Origin: Octopus vulgaris
Taxonomy: Eukaryota
DNA: 64,000 nt
Assembly: GCA_951406725.2 (NCBI GenBank)
Contig: OX597838.1
Span: forward strand, 1,364,001-1,428,000
Reading direction: 5' to 3'
A program made the position numbers and the translations under genes. Below are positions 25,423 through 38,055 of the stretch, piece after piece; position 1 is the first letter of the stretch, and every line of letters begins with the position of its first letter. Under the pieces are notes generated by a model. The model was given only the letters and a program-made list of their open reading frames with translations, was not told the DNA's origin and did no database searches.

Positions 25423-25738
25423 TCGGATGTATTTATTTTACTTCGATTTCCAACGTGATTGATTGGTCCCTGTAACGTTTGTGCTCAGCATCCGACTACT
25501 TGAAGCAGAATGAAGATAAAATTAAATTGATTTATCGTACAAAAACAGTCAGCAAAAGGGGAAAAAATGATGCTTTGACGTCCATCCATTCCCGACAAGA
25601 CATTAACATTCATCCCGCAGTCGACCGCGAAACGGAATTTCTTCGCAGAACCTGGTCTTGCGAAAATATAATCAAAATTAAGATTTAAGCTCTTGATGTA
25701 AGGGAGGCAACTCTAGCATAACTCAGAAAATGACGTGC
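25423..25738 (-). other. Candidate non-coding (5'UTR or lncRNA) exon, 316 nt
   Basis: Non-repetitive sequence bounded on the minus strand by acceptor ggctgtttttctgttcag|G and donor CGA|gtaagt; no long ORF. Confidence 0.45.
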
Positions 25739-25767
25739 CTGAACAGAAAAACAGCCTACAAGTAACG

Positions 25768-26129
25768 CCGCCGTTGCCGCCGCCACCGCCGTTGCCGCCG
25801 CCACCGCCGTTGCCGCCGCCACCGCCGTTGCCGCCGCCACCGCCGTTGCCGCCGCCACCGCCGTTGCCGCCGCCACCGCCGTTGCCGCCGCCACCGCCGT
25901 TGCCGCCGCCACCGCCGTTGCCGCCGCCACCGCCGTTGCCGCCGCCACCGCCGTTGCGGCCGCCACCGCCGTTGCCGCCGCCACCGCCGTTGCCGCCGCC
26001 ACCGCCGTTGCCGCCGCCACCGCCGTTGCCGCCGCCACCGCCGTTGCCGCCGCCACCGCCGTTGCCGCCGCCGCCGCCATTGCCGCCGCCGCCATTGCCG
26101 CCGCCACCGCCGTTGCCGCCACTGCCAAA

Positions 26130-26161
<32 letters not shown>

Positions 26162-26460
26162 TTCCACCACCACCACCACCACCACCACCACCACCACCAC
26201 CAAAATTACCATCATCACGACCAACTTCGCCACGACGACGACCACCACCACCTCCATTACCATCATCACGACCAACTTCGCTAGGACCAACACCACCGTC
26301 GCTACCACCTCCACGACAATGACGACAACTCCACCCCACAACGCCGCAACCACCACCACCACCACCACCACTATTACCATCATCACGACCAACACCACCG
26401 CCGCTACCACCTTCACGACAACGACGACAACCCCTCCACACAACGCAGCAGCCCCCACCC
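25768..26460. repeat. GC/CpG-rich minisatellite (CCGCCGTTGCCGCCGCCA, ~16 near-perfect copies) grading into CCG/CCA/ACG low complexity
   Basis: 18-bp period visible from 25768 to ~26055, decaying thereafter. Confidence 0.95.
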
Positions 26461-29400
26461 GCCCAGAAAAGTGTGGTGATCAGACCTGGCGAAAGTTAGA
26501 ATTTGGCCTGAGAGTCACTGTATGTCACGATGATGTTGCTAAGACTTTGTTGGGAGTCGAATGCTGAAGGTAAATGTCGAAAGTAACATGATGACGTTTT
26601 TAGGTTGTTCATAATGTGGTGATGCGATTTTGTGCATCAAGCCGTTCGTTGCTCTTTCCTGTTTCTGGAAATCATAGCCTTTAAAACACCGAGATTTATT
26701 ATTAGACAAGTTGTTGATTCAAGGTAGACTACTCAGGTTATCTATTTTACCATCATTTGATGATTTCTAGCCACGCATATCTTCTAGTCTGCACGCATGC
26801 GTGTGTGCAGTGGCAAGAACAGTGTTAACGACTGTGACTCGTATAAACTAATCGTTCTTGGATGCACTTCAACACCTGGTGATTAAATTGTGTCCAAGAG
26901 CTTTGATGTGACATTCAGAGGTTGTTTGAATTGATCTTAAGCCTTAATCTCCTTGTTTCTGTTTTAGGCAGAGATGTACCACTGTAAATATAAATATTTT
27001 TGTGGTTTTTGATATTTTTTCGGATTTTAACATTCTTCTAGGATCCAATTGAGAAGCTTAAATATTGGCATGAATACTGTTACATTAAACACCTTTCAGG
27101 ACACCGATTCATTGTATGCAGAGAGCTTCGAGAATTTTTCACCCGAGTGTAATATTCTCTGGTCATACGTTTCCTGTTAAAAGTGACATCGTAGAATACA
27201 TTTTCCTTCTTATATTCCCTGTAGAATCTCAGAAAAATAGTCAGACTATTTTTAGAGATGTTGCTACACTGGCTTGTATTTTAGTCTCATTTTAAAATCA
27301 GGTCGGAGCATCATCTCAGCTCGTATTGAAAATGTTGTAACCATGTCAAAATCTTCTGAACATCCTTAATTCTTTCGTATATTCCTTTAGGCCGTTCACC
27401 AAAAGGCGTTTAGTTATAATGATGTTTCTGTTTACCTGACAGCAGACACATAACTTTCAGATTTCTTGCACAATCTCAAATGGTTTCATTGCAAATATAA
27501 ACAGCATCATAGGAAGTTTCTCCCTGAAATATTTCATTCTATCAGAATCAATACAAAACCTTTCTGTTTTTCTCTCCTGGATTGCGGCCCAGGGTGAAGG
27601 CACGTTGTCTGCGACTTTGACTATAGTCGGCAACTTTAGTGAGGCAAAGAAACACATCCGAATGCTTTTTAGTTATTCAATCAAACTAACCAAATAATTC
27701 CTCTGTCGCTGCGCTTCCGGCACCGCTGTTTTGTTAATTAGGATTTTCTCATCACATCCTCAAATTCCTTTCCTCTTAACTGCTTGTTCGGTCATAATGA
27801 TAATATCAGTCACTCAATGATCACAGGGGAATAAGTTCAGTCAGGTTGTACAAATTTTGTTTTCTTGTATGTACTTCTTTTTTCGTGTGAGATTTGTTTT
27901 GGCTAATATTAACCAGCTTGCTATATTCATATTCATACCAAGATCTTGCAGGTAAAAGTCGACAAGGTAACCTCGATCGAAGATCAGGCTTTTGTGTGAG
28001 TTGCCAACAATAAAATCTCTTCCCAGTGAATTTCTGTCTTCGGATTTTTCTATTACATTCTCAAGGATATTATTATTAATTCTGTATGCCTTTGATTTTG
28101 ATTTTGATAGTTTCAGCTAATGAGCTGTGGCCATGCTGGGGCACCGCCATTGATGCAATGCAGGGACAATATTTTCCGGATTTCTTCTAGCATAAAAATA
28201 CCCTGTTAAATCTCCATTTACTCTATCTTCCTTAATGACTGCCCTCTCACCTCTCAGTAAATTGTTGATTGATTTTCAACTGAATTTCTTGTTATTTTTC
28301 TTTTAGTTGACTTCTTCTGAAGACAAAATTTTTCACTCATAAGTTTTAGCACCTGTTGGAGTCTGATCAAATTGTCTTCGAGTTTTCTCGAGTTTCTCTG
28401 TTTTATTTAATTTTTTTTTTGTTAGCAAGCAGTGTAGTTATTAGATTGCTTGCAAAGGACAAGTATTGCCATAACTGATAGTCTTTTGTAGATCAAAAAT
28501 ATTTTCTGTTTCCGAAAGTCAATTTCGTATTTTGGGTATTGTTTTACTTTTGTTTACTTCTTTAGTGTTTTAAAGTTACTGCTTAACAGTTGCGGGAAGG
28601 GAATATAGACAGGAGTTTATATGTTAAACTGACTAAATATTATTCCGTTGTAAATATTCTTTGTTCTATATCACTAATTACTGTCAACTTGAACTCCGTG
28701 GCCCTCTTAACAATGCTAGAAATATACGGTCCATCTTCTTACTGGAATTAAAAAAAAAAAGGGTTACTCTTCACTTGAATTTGGTGTAAATTCCGATTGT
28801 CTATATTGTTCGCTTTCCCTTTTCTTCATCCACTTATTAATGTGGCTTTGGCTATGGCCACTGATAGAAGGCCAGCTTCTCTGTCAGGTGACATAAGTCA
28901 ACAATATTCACTTAATAACTCCAACAAAATATATTCATAATTTTTATTTCTTCTAGAAATACAACTGAAAACATTCTGTTTACATTTCCCGATTTAGTTT
29001 CCCCTGGTTCCTTTTTTCTTTTTGTTGATGTTGTTGTTGTACCTGACTACACTGCAGTGACTCTCTATACGATGTGTTTAAACTTGAGACAAATATCGCT
29101 CCGATCATGAATTAAATGTTTTTCTTCAGTCAGTGTAACCAGAAGAATCTCACTTAGATAGCTGTTTATTGATTTTAAGATATACATAATATACTTCTAT
29201 CATTAACTGATAATTTCATAATTCTGATTAACCTCAAATGTGCTTTGCTGACCTATATTTAATATATTTTAGTAAATTCTTTGATTATACACTTTTTAGC
29301 CACGTATTATGTATGCAGCAGTTATTCATGTTCGTAATTGATTTTCTTTAATAAATGTGTTTAACTTGTTGAGTTCATTTAATTATCAAACTCCATCGTC

Positions 29401-29487
29401 TAACATAATTTGAAACGCTCTCTTCAAGTCTAATCTTGGTAGATTTCAAACAGCTTTTCTATGCAAAATGAAATGTGGGGAAAGAGT

Positions 29488-29569
<82 letters not shown>

Positions 29570-29654
29570 TCACACACACACACATTCACACACAAACACA
29601 CACACACACATTCACACACAAACACACACACACACATGCATATGTACATATGCT

Positions 29655-29982
29655 CTCTTCTGTTTTTAATTATTTAAATTCTTCCTCTGAAGAAGGGGCT
29701 GGTTTCTAACAAAGACACAAAGCTCCATCGTTGGACTGTAAATTAAAATTATGCTACATTCTAAGCTTGAGAAAAGTCTTGCTGATTCTTACTGTTCCAC
29801 TTACAGATTGTATTTGTAATGTGTGAGTCAGTTGGTTGATTTCTGTTTCTGAAAATCCAAGCTTATCCAGATTATCATTTACGCATTTACTCACAAACCC
29901 AAGTACACCAATTATTACTGGTATAAATGTGAATTTATAATCTGGATTTGGAAGCTGGAGGTTTCGAAGCAGTTGTCCGCGC
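29655..29982 (-). mobile_element. 3' end of a restriction-like-endonuclease non-LTR retrotransposon (R4/Dong/NeSL-like)
   Basis: QLLRNLQ..YKFTFIPVIIGVLGFVSK..LDKLGF..LQIQSVSGTVRISKTFL*; homologous to 32340-32660 and 52880-53095. Confidence 0.8.
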
Positions 29983-30041
29983 ATGTATGTATGTATGTAT
30001 GTATGTATGTATGTATGTATGTATGTATGTATGTATGTATG

Positions 30042-30235
30042 TCAGGTCGCTCTCGAGTGCTACTGGTACCATGTAGCCCAGTACAACCTGTTTCATGGTC
30101 GGGTCGTCGGCGACTAAACTGGCAACCGCACCAGGCTTGCTTGGTTAGGTGGGTGCTTGTTGAACACCCTACGGGACAAAGAATAAGACCTGTCAAAGGG
30201 CGGAGGAACTACAACGTAGTCAACGGCCATTCAAC
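30042..30235 (+). mobile_element. Probable retroelement 5' UTR containing an HDV-like ribozyme candidate (30067-30122)
   Basis: P1 accatg/catggt, P2 ccagt/actgg, CC/GG P1.1, P4 gtcg/cgac, J4/2 CTAA. Related sequence on the minus strand at 10185-10230. Confidence 0.5.
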
Positions 30236-30644
30236 AATGTGTGTTTGTGGACTGTTTGTGTGTGTGTGTATTGTGTATGTTGCATTTTGAACTGTGTGTG
30301 TGTGTATTGTATATGCTGTTTCTTTCTTTTTAAATGTAAATATCGTATGGGGAGTGGGCAGGTCTTTCTGGTCCTGTACGGGTAGTGAGACGTCTCCGCC
30401 CTCAAAGAGTCTTCCGCTGCCTTGCGGGTGGTTGTTTTTTTGTTAATCCAAGGCTAAGGAGTAAACCGTATCCAAATCTGGAGTGGAGCCCCTAAGGCGG
30501 TTAGGTGATCAAATCCATCATCTCTCCGGCAGCGCCTGTGTGTATGTGTATATACATGTTTGTATACACATATTTGAAAATTATATAAAATACAAAGCGT
30601 GTAAACCGTAAAAATACTTTCGAACATATATGCATGCACATACA

Positions 30645-30682
<38 letters not shown>

Positions 30683-31289
30683 AAACATGCATACACACGC
30701 ATGCATAATACATATATGCAAATACACAAACCTGAGCATATATATATACATACACATGCACACGTACATACATACATACATACATGCATACATACATACA
30801 TACATACATACATACATACATACATACATACATACATACATACATGCATGCATATACGGTATTGTCAACTTCCTATCAGCCTCAGACAAAACTAGATATT
30901 TTACTGCAAAACGGCTTCGACAAGCAGCATCTTGCTTTGCAAGGAGGCTAAAATGGTTGTCTCAGTAGCTGCTATTCCAACTCCTGTAATACTAATCGAT
31001 TTCCTCAAAACACTGAGAACCGCTCAAAATCTGGAATTAGCGGGATAGAAAGTAAAGTAAAATTACTGCTGCGACCATCACCAGAAACTCTCATGTATCG
31101 CCATCTGCAACTGATTCAAAAGAAACGACTGGGGAATACATTCAATTTAAGATGCTAAAACGACTGTTCGTAAAAAAACAAAAAAAAAACATTCCCAGTT
31201 TTTCGGGGCTGCCGCTGAACCACAGCGGGCCATCCTTCTTAAAAAAAAGAAAAATCCCAACCAACTGCTCTCACATTCAAAGTTATCGG

Positions 31290-32675
31290 TGATGTGGCTG
31301 ATGAACACGTGGAATCATATGATGTTAATTATTGGACACATAATACCTTCATATACTTAGCTTCTGTTACAATTAAAAGACACCAAAGGAGAAACCTACG
31401 GCGCGCGTGGTGCGTGTTAATGAGATTACTAAACAGAAACAACCGAGGTGGAAAACAAGACTTGATGAAGACATCGACAATTTGCGCCGCCATGTTGGAT
31501 GATTAACAACAATAATAAGATGTAAAGGGATTAATGAATTCTCACCTCACCAATTACATGTTATTCAAAGCTAACACCAAACACTTGACGGAAAGCTAAT
31601 TACTCTTCAGCACGGATTTAGGGCTCCAAACGAAGAAGAATATCGGAGCGAGCCAAATGAAACCTCAGCTTTGCTTTCAATCCACAGTTATTATCCCGGG
31701 AGACAAGGGAGAAAATCATTACAGTTAAGAAAATCTTGAACGATACTGATCAAAAATCTGGAACGAATAGAAAGATTTCAATCAGAATGCATCGTGGCTG
31801 AAATAATAAACAAAAAAGACAGTGGGACCCTTGTAGTTCCATGATGCAATCGAAAACGTCGATTACGTCACATTTCTGTGGAGGACATTACACACAAGAT
31901 CAGCGACATAACTTTGTCACGAAGACAATATACAATAGTAAAGTTTGTTTGCCATTATGATGTGGCAGTCCTATGCAAGGACGATGTTACTGTCTTTTAA
32001 CCTCAGGAAAACATCTTTTCCCGTTGGCTACCGACACACATTATGTTGGCAAATAAACTTTACTATTCAGTACTGTTACTGCATATTTCTCGCTCAGCGA
32101 TCTAAAACAATATACAACGCCATCCGAATATAAAAATGAAAAAGACGGTCACGAGATAAACATAAAGAATTGATACACAAACGTTAACACAGGGAATATT
32201 GGTGGACGATTCCTATCGAAACTTGAGTCAAGTGCAGACAGGATAGACAGGATATAGTTGTTTGGGATGGAGAAGAAAACTTATGTACCATCACAGAGGT
32301 CAGCTGCTTATAAATGTTAACTCTTCGGAAACCAAAGAGAAAGAGGATAACTACAAACAACTGCTTAGACACATCCAGCTTTTATAAGCAGATTATGAAT
32401 TAAAACTTATTACCAATAATAATTGCTGCTCTTAGTTTTGTGAGAAAATGCCTAAGAGATAATCTGGATTTGCTAGGGTTTTCAGAAAAAGAAATCAACC
32501 AACTCGCACATTACAAATACAATCTGTAAGCGGAACAGTAAAAATATGCAAAACTTTCCTCAAATTTAAAATGTGACGCTGTTTTTGTTGTCAACATTCC
32601 AACGAGGGATCTTTGTATCTTTGTTCCTTACAAGCAGACTTCAAATATTTAAAAGCAGACGAGAACAAATACATA
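31290..32675 (+). mobile_element. Degenerate R4/Dong-like LINE (RT thumb, CCHC, RLE, 3' UTR)
   Basis: YWT...RLL.RNNRGGK (cf. RLY.PR..GGRGL), VEDITH (cf. E.I.HI), EYWWTIPIET, DIVVWDGEENLCTITEVSC (cf. RPDIVV.D..C.I+E+), SVSGTVKICKTFLKFKM*. Strongest from 32190 onward. Confidence 0.65.
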
Positions 32676-32694
32676 CAGGTATTCTTTCTTTCTA

Positions 32695-32927
32695 TAATTT
32701 GTTTCAGTCATTAGACTGCGGCCATGCTGGGGCACCGCTTTAAAGAAATTTAGTCGAACAAATTAACCCCATTACCTATTTGATTGAGTCTGATGCTTAT
32801 TCTATCGGACTCTTTTCCGGAGCTGCTAGGTATCAGAGACGCAAACATACCAACACTGGTTGTAAAGCGCTGGTGGGATACACACACAGACGCAAAGACA
32901 CGCACACATATATATTTACACACACAC

Positions 32928-32990
<63 letters not shown>

Positions 32991-33146
32991 GGGCTCCTTT
33001 CAGTTTCCATTTACCAAATTCACTCACATGGCTTTGGTTAGCCCGAGGGTACAGTTGAAGCCACTTGCTAAAAGTGCCACGCACTGGAACTGAAGCCGGA
33101 TCCATGTGGTTGGGAAGCAATCTTACCATGCACAGCGACGCCTGCA
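32695..33146 (-). mobile_element. SINE family A, diverged, internal (CA)n
   Basis: gtttcagtcatt.gactgcggccatgctgg...gtgccacgcactggaactgaa..cacagc.acgcctgc. Confidence 0.85.
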
Positions 33147-33264
33147 TCTAAATTCTTTAGACTCAGGTTGCATACCGAAACACCTACTATCCTAGTATGT
33201 CATCCCGATTTTCAAGCAGGAAAACAGATCCCTCGCAGTCAACTACCATCCAATCTCATTCACC

Positions 33265-33487
33265 CCCCCCATATCATTAAAGTGTTTGAAAGGGTGGTGA
33301 GATCAAGGATAACTGGCTTCCTAGAGAGTCACACTCTCCTAAATTCAAACTAGCATGGCTTTCGCTGCGGCAGAGACTGCCTAATACAGCTCTAACATCG
33401 ATGATGTCCTTAAAGCCTTCGGATCAGGTTCGAACTCTGATGTCATATAGCTTGACTTCAGTAAAGCATTCAACAGAGTCGACCACA
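33265..33487 (+). mobile_element. CR1-like LINE RT fragment
   Basis: HIIKVFERVV..FLESHTLLNSN*HGFR.GRDCLIQL..DVI*LDFSKAFNRVDH. Confidence 0.8.
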
Positions 33488-34140
33488 TTGGCTCCCTACC
33501 TTTTTATCATCGTAGTGGACTATTGTATGCACTTTGCGTTGGAGAAAAACCAGAACACTGGCTTTACTGCAGCGCCGGCTCAGGGTTAAAGCTAAAAAGA
33601 TACCAGATGCTGAATTTGCTGACGACATAGTTCTAGTGACAAACACAGTGAGGGAGGAAGAGGAGTTGATGCAGGAGGCGGAGAACTGTGTCGATGAGTG
33701 TGGGGCTGGTAGAGAACATTAAGAAGCCAGATAAGTTTATGAATATAGGCGGGAAGCCACTAGAGTTGGTTGAGGACTTCCTGTATCTGGGAGCAAATAT
33801 TGGGAACACAGAGGGCGATATAGTTGAGAGGAAGAGCAAATCCTGGCTGGCATGCTACAGTTTGAGATCTGTATGGCAGTCGGACGTTCGTAAAGACCTG
33901 AAGACCCATCTCTTCGTAGCTGCAGTGGAGTCTGTGCTGTTGTACGGGTCTAAGAGTTGGACACTGACCAAGACACTGGCCAAGCTCACTCAGATGGTGG
34001 ATGGGTCCTACACGAGAATACTGAGGATGGCATGTGTTGATGCCTTAAGGACAGACACTGGTCTCTGGGAGGCACGGGACATGGTAGCGATGATGAGGGA
34101 CAAAGACAGCTGGAGAGAACTCGTCCATGAATTTTTACCC
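33488..34140 (+). mobile_element. RTE/RTEX-like LINE RT C-terminal fragment
   Basis: [60 protein letters not shown]. Confidence 0.85.
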
Positions 34141-34141
34141 G

Positions 34142-34200
<59 letters not shown>

Positions 34201-34359
34201 TATAAATATATACACACGGTTTGTGTAGTGTTTTGCATCAAATAATGTTTATTCACTGTATAATATCTACCTATGTTAAACAGTCTCAGCAATGTATGTA
34301 TGTATGTATGTATGTATGTATGTATGTATGTATGTATGTATGTATGTATGTATCTTATA

Positions 34360-35299
34360 CACGATGGGAAGTCAAAGATTATCTACCACTGAGGTCAACA
34401 TTTAACAAACTCGGGAGATGGTTTCGTCGATCCGAGCTTTGACTGTCCAAAGGCAGCATTTTCTCTTGAAATTAGTCATGGTTCTGCATACGAAATAATC
34501 CACAAAATTCGCTTCCGTAAAGTCTGTCCGAAATGATTGCCAAAAGAGTTTACCGGGGCGAATAAACGCAATCGAATATAGACCTGTCAACGCTTACTCG
34601 ATCGCAACAACGATAAAGTCGAAGTTTGTCTTTTGGAGGGAATAGTCACAGGAGATGAGACCTGGGTGCATCACTTTGAGCCAGAATCCAAAAGACAGAA
34701 TATGGAGTGGAAACACCTAGAATCGCCAACGAAAAAGAAATTTAAGACTTAACTTTCTGCAGACAATGTGATGGGAGACGCAAATGGACCCTTACTGGAA
34801 CATTAACTGGAACAAGGAGTCTACAGTGACCAATGTAGGCTACAGTGAAATACTGGCCAACAAACTGGAACGAGCAGTACACACCAAACACCGAAGTCTA
34901 TTTTAAATCAAGCGTTATTGTTTCACAATAATGCTCACCCACATACTACCATATACAGCGTCGAAACCATTGACAAATCGGATTTCCAGTTGCTGGAACA
35001 CTCTGCATACAGTCCAGATCTCGTCCCTATCGTCTATCTCCTCTCTAGGCCTCTCAAACACCCTTTACAATATCGTTGATTTGTTTCTGACAAAGAAGCA
35101 CAGGAAGCAGTTCATAGATGGCTGCGTGAGCATAAGAAAGCCTTCTTCTCCGGTGGAATCAACAAACTTGTGTATCGCTGGAAGTACATCGGAAAGCAAA
35201 GAGACGAAGCCGGAAAATTGATGTAATTCCCCCCCACCAACTTCTGTCTTAATAAATTACAGAAACAAAAGTGCATATAATTTTTGACTTAGCCTCATA
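34360..35299 (+). mobile_element. Internally deleted mariner with both TIRs, same subfamily as 16006-18090
   Basis: TIRs acgatgggaagtcaaagattat / atataatttttgacttagcctcata; IVTGDETWVHHFEPESKRQNMEWKH, HNNAHPH, YSPDLVP. Confidence 0.9.
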
Positions 35300-35428
35300 T
35301 AGATATATGTACATACACATGCCAACCTACCTACTTACCTACCTACCTACCTTCCTACCGACCTACCCACCTACCTACCGACCTACATACCTACCTGCAT
35401 GCCTGCCTGCCTGCCTACACACACACAT

Positions 35429-35459
<31 letters not shown>

Positions 35460-35474
35460 AAATATCTTTAAATG

Positions 35475-36000
35475 ATGTAAACACCATCAAATAGCTAAAC
35501 TTAATAGATTAGAGAGTAAGACACATTAACTCCAAAATAGCCATATATAACCATGAAATAACACAAACCAAACTCCAGTGGTAACCTATTCAGACTTATA
35601 ATTCGCTCGAAACAGGTCATAGGCATTATTAATTTTAAAAAAACATAGACAAATTCTCACTAAAAATAAAAACAAAAACTTTACATCTCTGGAGTAACAC
35701 AAACGAAGTAATTGATTTGCTCAGCAAGATCTCAAACAAAAATGAATGTCATTTCTTTGAGTTTGACATCAGAGATTATTTTGTGTCAATAACAAAACCT
35801 ATTCTTAAAGCTGCTTTGAACTTCGCTAAAACTAGAACCACAATAAACGACACTGAAATAGAAACGATATTACAAGCAAGGGAATCGCTCCTTTTCTACA
35901 ACAATGCTTTCTGGATTAGGAAAAACACTAAAGATTCATTTGATGTAAGCATGGGATCAAAGGACTTGGCAGAAATAAGCGATATCTTTGGTCTTTACAG
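35475..36000 (+). mobile_element. Penelope-like (Naiad-type) reverse transcriptase fragment
   Basis: LWSNTNEVI...FFEFDIRDYFVSI...ALNFA...ILQARESLLF...WIRK...FDVSMGSKDLAEISDIFGLY (cf. FDVTMGS.DGAE+C+LVGL). Confidence 0.85.
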
Positions 36001-36099
36001 TTACAGTCCTCTACAGTTACATTGAGTACTTTTAATTGTCAAATACCAATAATCTTTAACTAGTTTCAACTTGTGAGCTACGGCCTTGCTGAGCCACCA

Positions 36100-36300
36100 G
36101 TTTACTTTGTTACACCATCATTACTTGAAACCTCATCTGATATGTGGAATTCGACGAATAAGTGAATTTGATACTGCTGCCCTCATCTGTATTTTATGCC
36201 ATGAGGTAGGGTCATCCAAAATACTTGACAGTAGGAGATCCAGTTTTGTTTTGAAGACACTTACATCCCCAACATGTAGGGACGTTATAAGGACTGGATG
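36100..36300 (-). mobile_element. CR1-like LINE 3' end
   Basis: SLHVGDVSVFKTKLDLLLSSILDDP...RAAVSNSL (cf. FK.KLD..L..+PD.P). Confidence 0.65.
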
Positions 36301-36730
36301 TCTCTTATCTCTCTCTTCTATCTTTTCTCTTTCAAAGAAAATATTCAAATTTAACGACCCTCCATGTTTGTTTTCGTTTGGTTTCCTTGTATGTCTCCAC
36401 TGTCCTGTTTTTGTTCCTAACTTTGACCCTCCATAAATTCAAAATTTTATTTTAGTATTTATGGGAGCAACTGTCTTCGAAGACTCATATTGTCATTGAT
36501 TGCTCAAAATGGGGAGTAGACAGACAGCCGACAACTGATGAAGGGTCATTCTTTGTATTACTTGCCTTCATTTTTTCTCTCGTTATTTGCGTATCTAACT
36601 CATTTTTTTCGCATTTCATGTTGTTTATTGTTGGTGACGTCCTGTACCCATATATGCATATACATTATATTATTATTTAATTGAATGCCACGCATCCATT
36701 TCCATGTAAGTATACACACACATATGTGTG

Positions 36731-36825
<95 letters not shown>

Positions 36826-36846
36826 AGATAATTCATTTATCTACTT

Positions 36847-36891
<45 letters not shown>

Positions 36892-36916
36892 GTGTGTATG
36901 TATAAATATATCCACG

Positions 36917-36964
<48 letters not shown>

Positions 36965-37467
36965 TGCATACATCCTTGTATGTATGTATACACACATAAA
37001 CATGTTTGCAAGTATAAGTGCGTGTATATATGATAAATGTAGTTTGTGTCACAAAGTCTACTCTAGTTAACTAATGACAGGATACAAGCAATAATTAGTT
37101 ATGGGAAAGGGTGAAGTAATTGACACGAAATCGATAATCTATGCCCCTCAGTAGCCGACGATCATTATATTCGATAATTAAATATGTGTGAGGTGTGTGA
37201 ATGAAAGGCAGTGGGGATTGTAGGGGTGGTGGGTTAATGATTGAACGTTAGTAAAACTAATTAGAGAAATTAGTCGAATTAGGCAAATTATCCAAAGAGA
37301 AATATGACTGGATTACCAAAGAAAATGTTTGGTTTCTATGTATGAATGATATGTATACGTGTGCGTGTGTGTATGTATGCGTGTGTGTGTGTATGTATGT
37401 ATGTGTGTATGTGCGTGTGTATGTGCGTATGTGTGTATGTGCGTGGGTGTGTGTATATGTGTGTATG

Positions 37468-37523
<56 letters not shown>

Positions 37524-38001
37524 CATGTGTGAGTATGTATATGTATGCATATATGTATGTATATATGTATATGTGTCTGTCTGTATGCATGCAAACATGT
37601 ATGTATCTATACATACACACACACACACACACACATATATGCATAAGAATGCATATATAAATGCGTACACAGCCATACCTACATAATATATATGTGTGTA
37701 TACATATATGTATTTACACATACATGTATATGTGTAAATATATATGTATTTTTGTTAATGTATACACTCGCGAGTGCACGCGCTCGCACACAGATGCATA
37801 GAAGAGAAGTTACGTCTGTTAAAAGACAAAATAACTATTTTTAAATGGAAAAATGCTTGTATATGGAGTTGTGTGTGTGTGCGTGTGTGTGCGTGTGTGT
37901 GCGTGTGTGTGCGTGTGTGTGTGTGTGTTTGTGTGTTTCTGTTTCTGTGTTTGTGTGCGTGTTTCTGTGTGTCTGTCTATTTGTGTGTATGTATGTGTAT
38001 T

Positions 38002-38055
<54 letters not shown>

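Noticed and set aside
25685-26458. Long Gly-, Pro- or Ala/Val-rich ORFs resembling structural proteins or formin FH1
   Set aside because: Several frames are open only because of the GC repeat; no synonymous divergence, signal peptide or flanking domain.
26600-29400. Long microsatellite-poor stretch, possible gene or old LINE
   Set aside because: No sustained ORF and only faint LINE-like hints; it cannot be assigned without a profile search.
31484-31499. YY1-like / Kozak-like motif aacATGGCGGCG on the minus strand
   Set aside because: The following ORF is under 60 aa and unrecognisable, and the site lies inside the degenerate R4-like LINE remnant.
29983-32680. (ATAC)n target specificity of the R4-like element
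   Set aside because: The 5' flank is (TATG)n but the 3' flank reads atacatac, the opposite orientation; such repeats are ubiquitous here.
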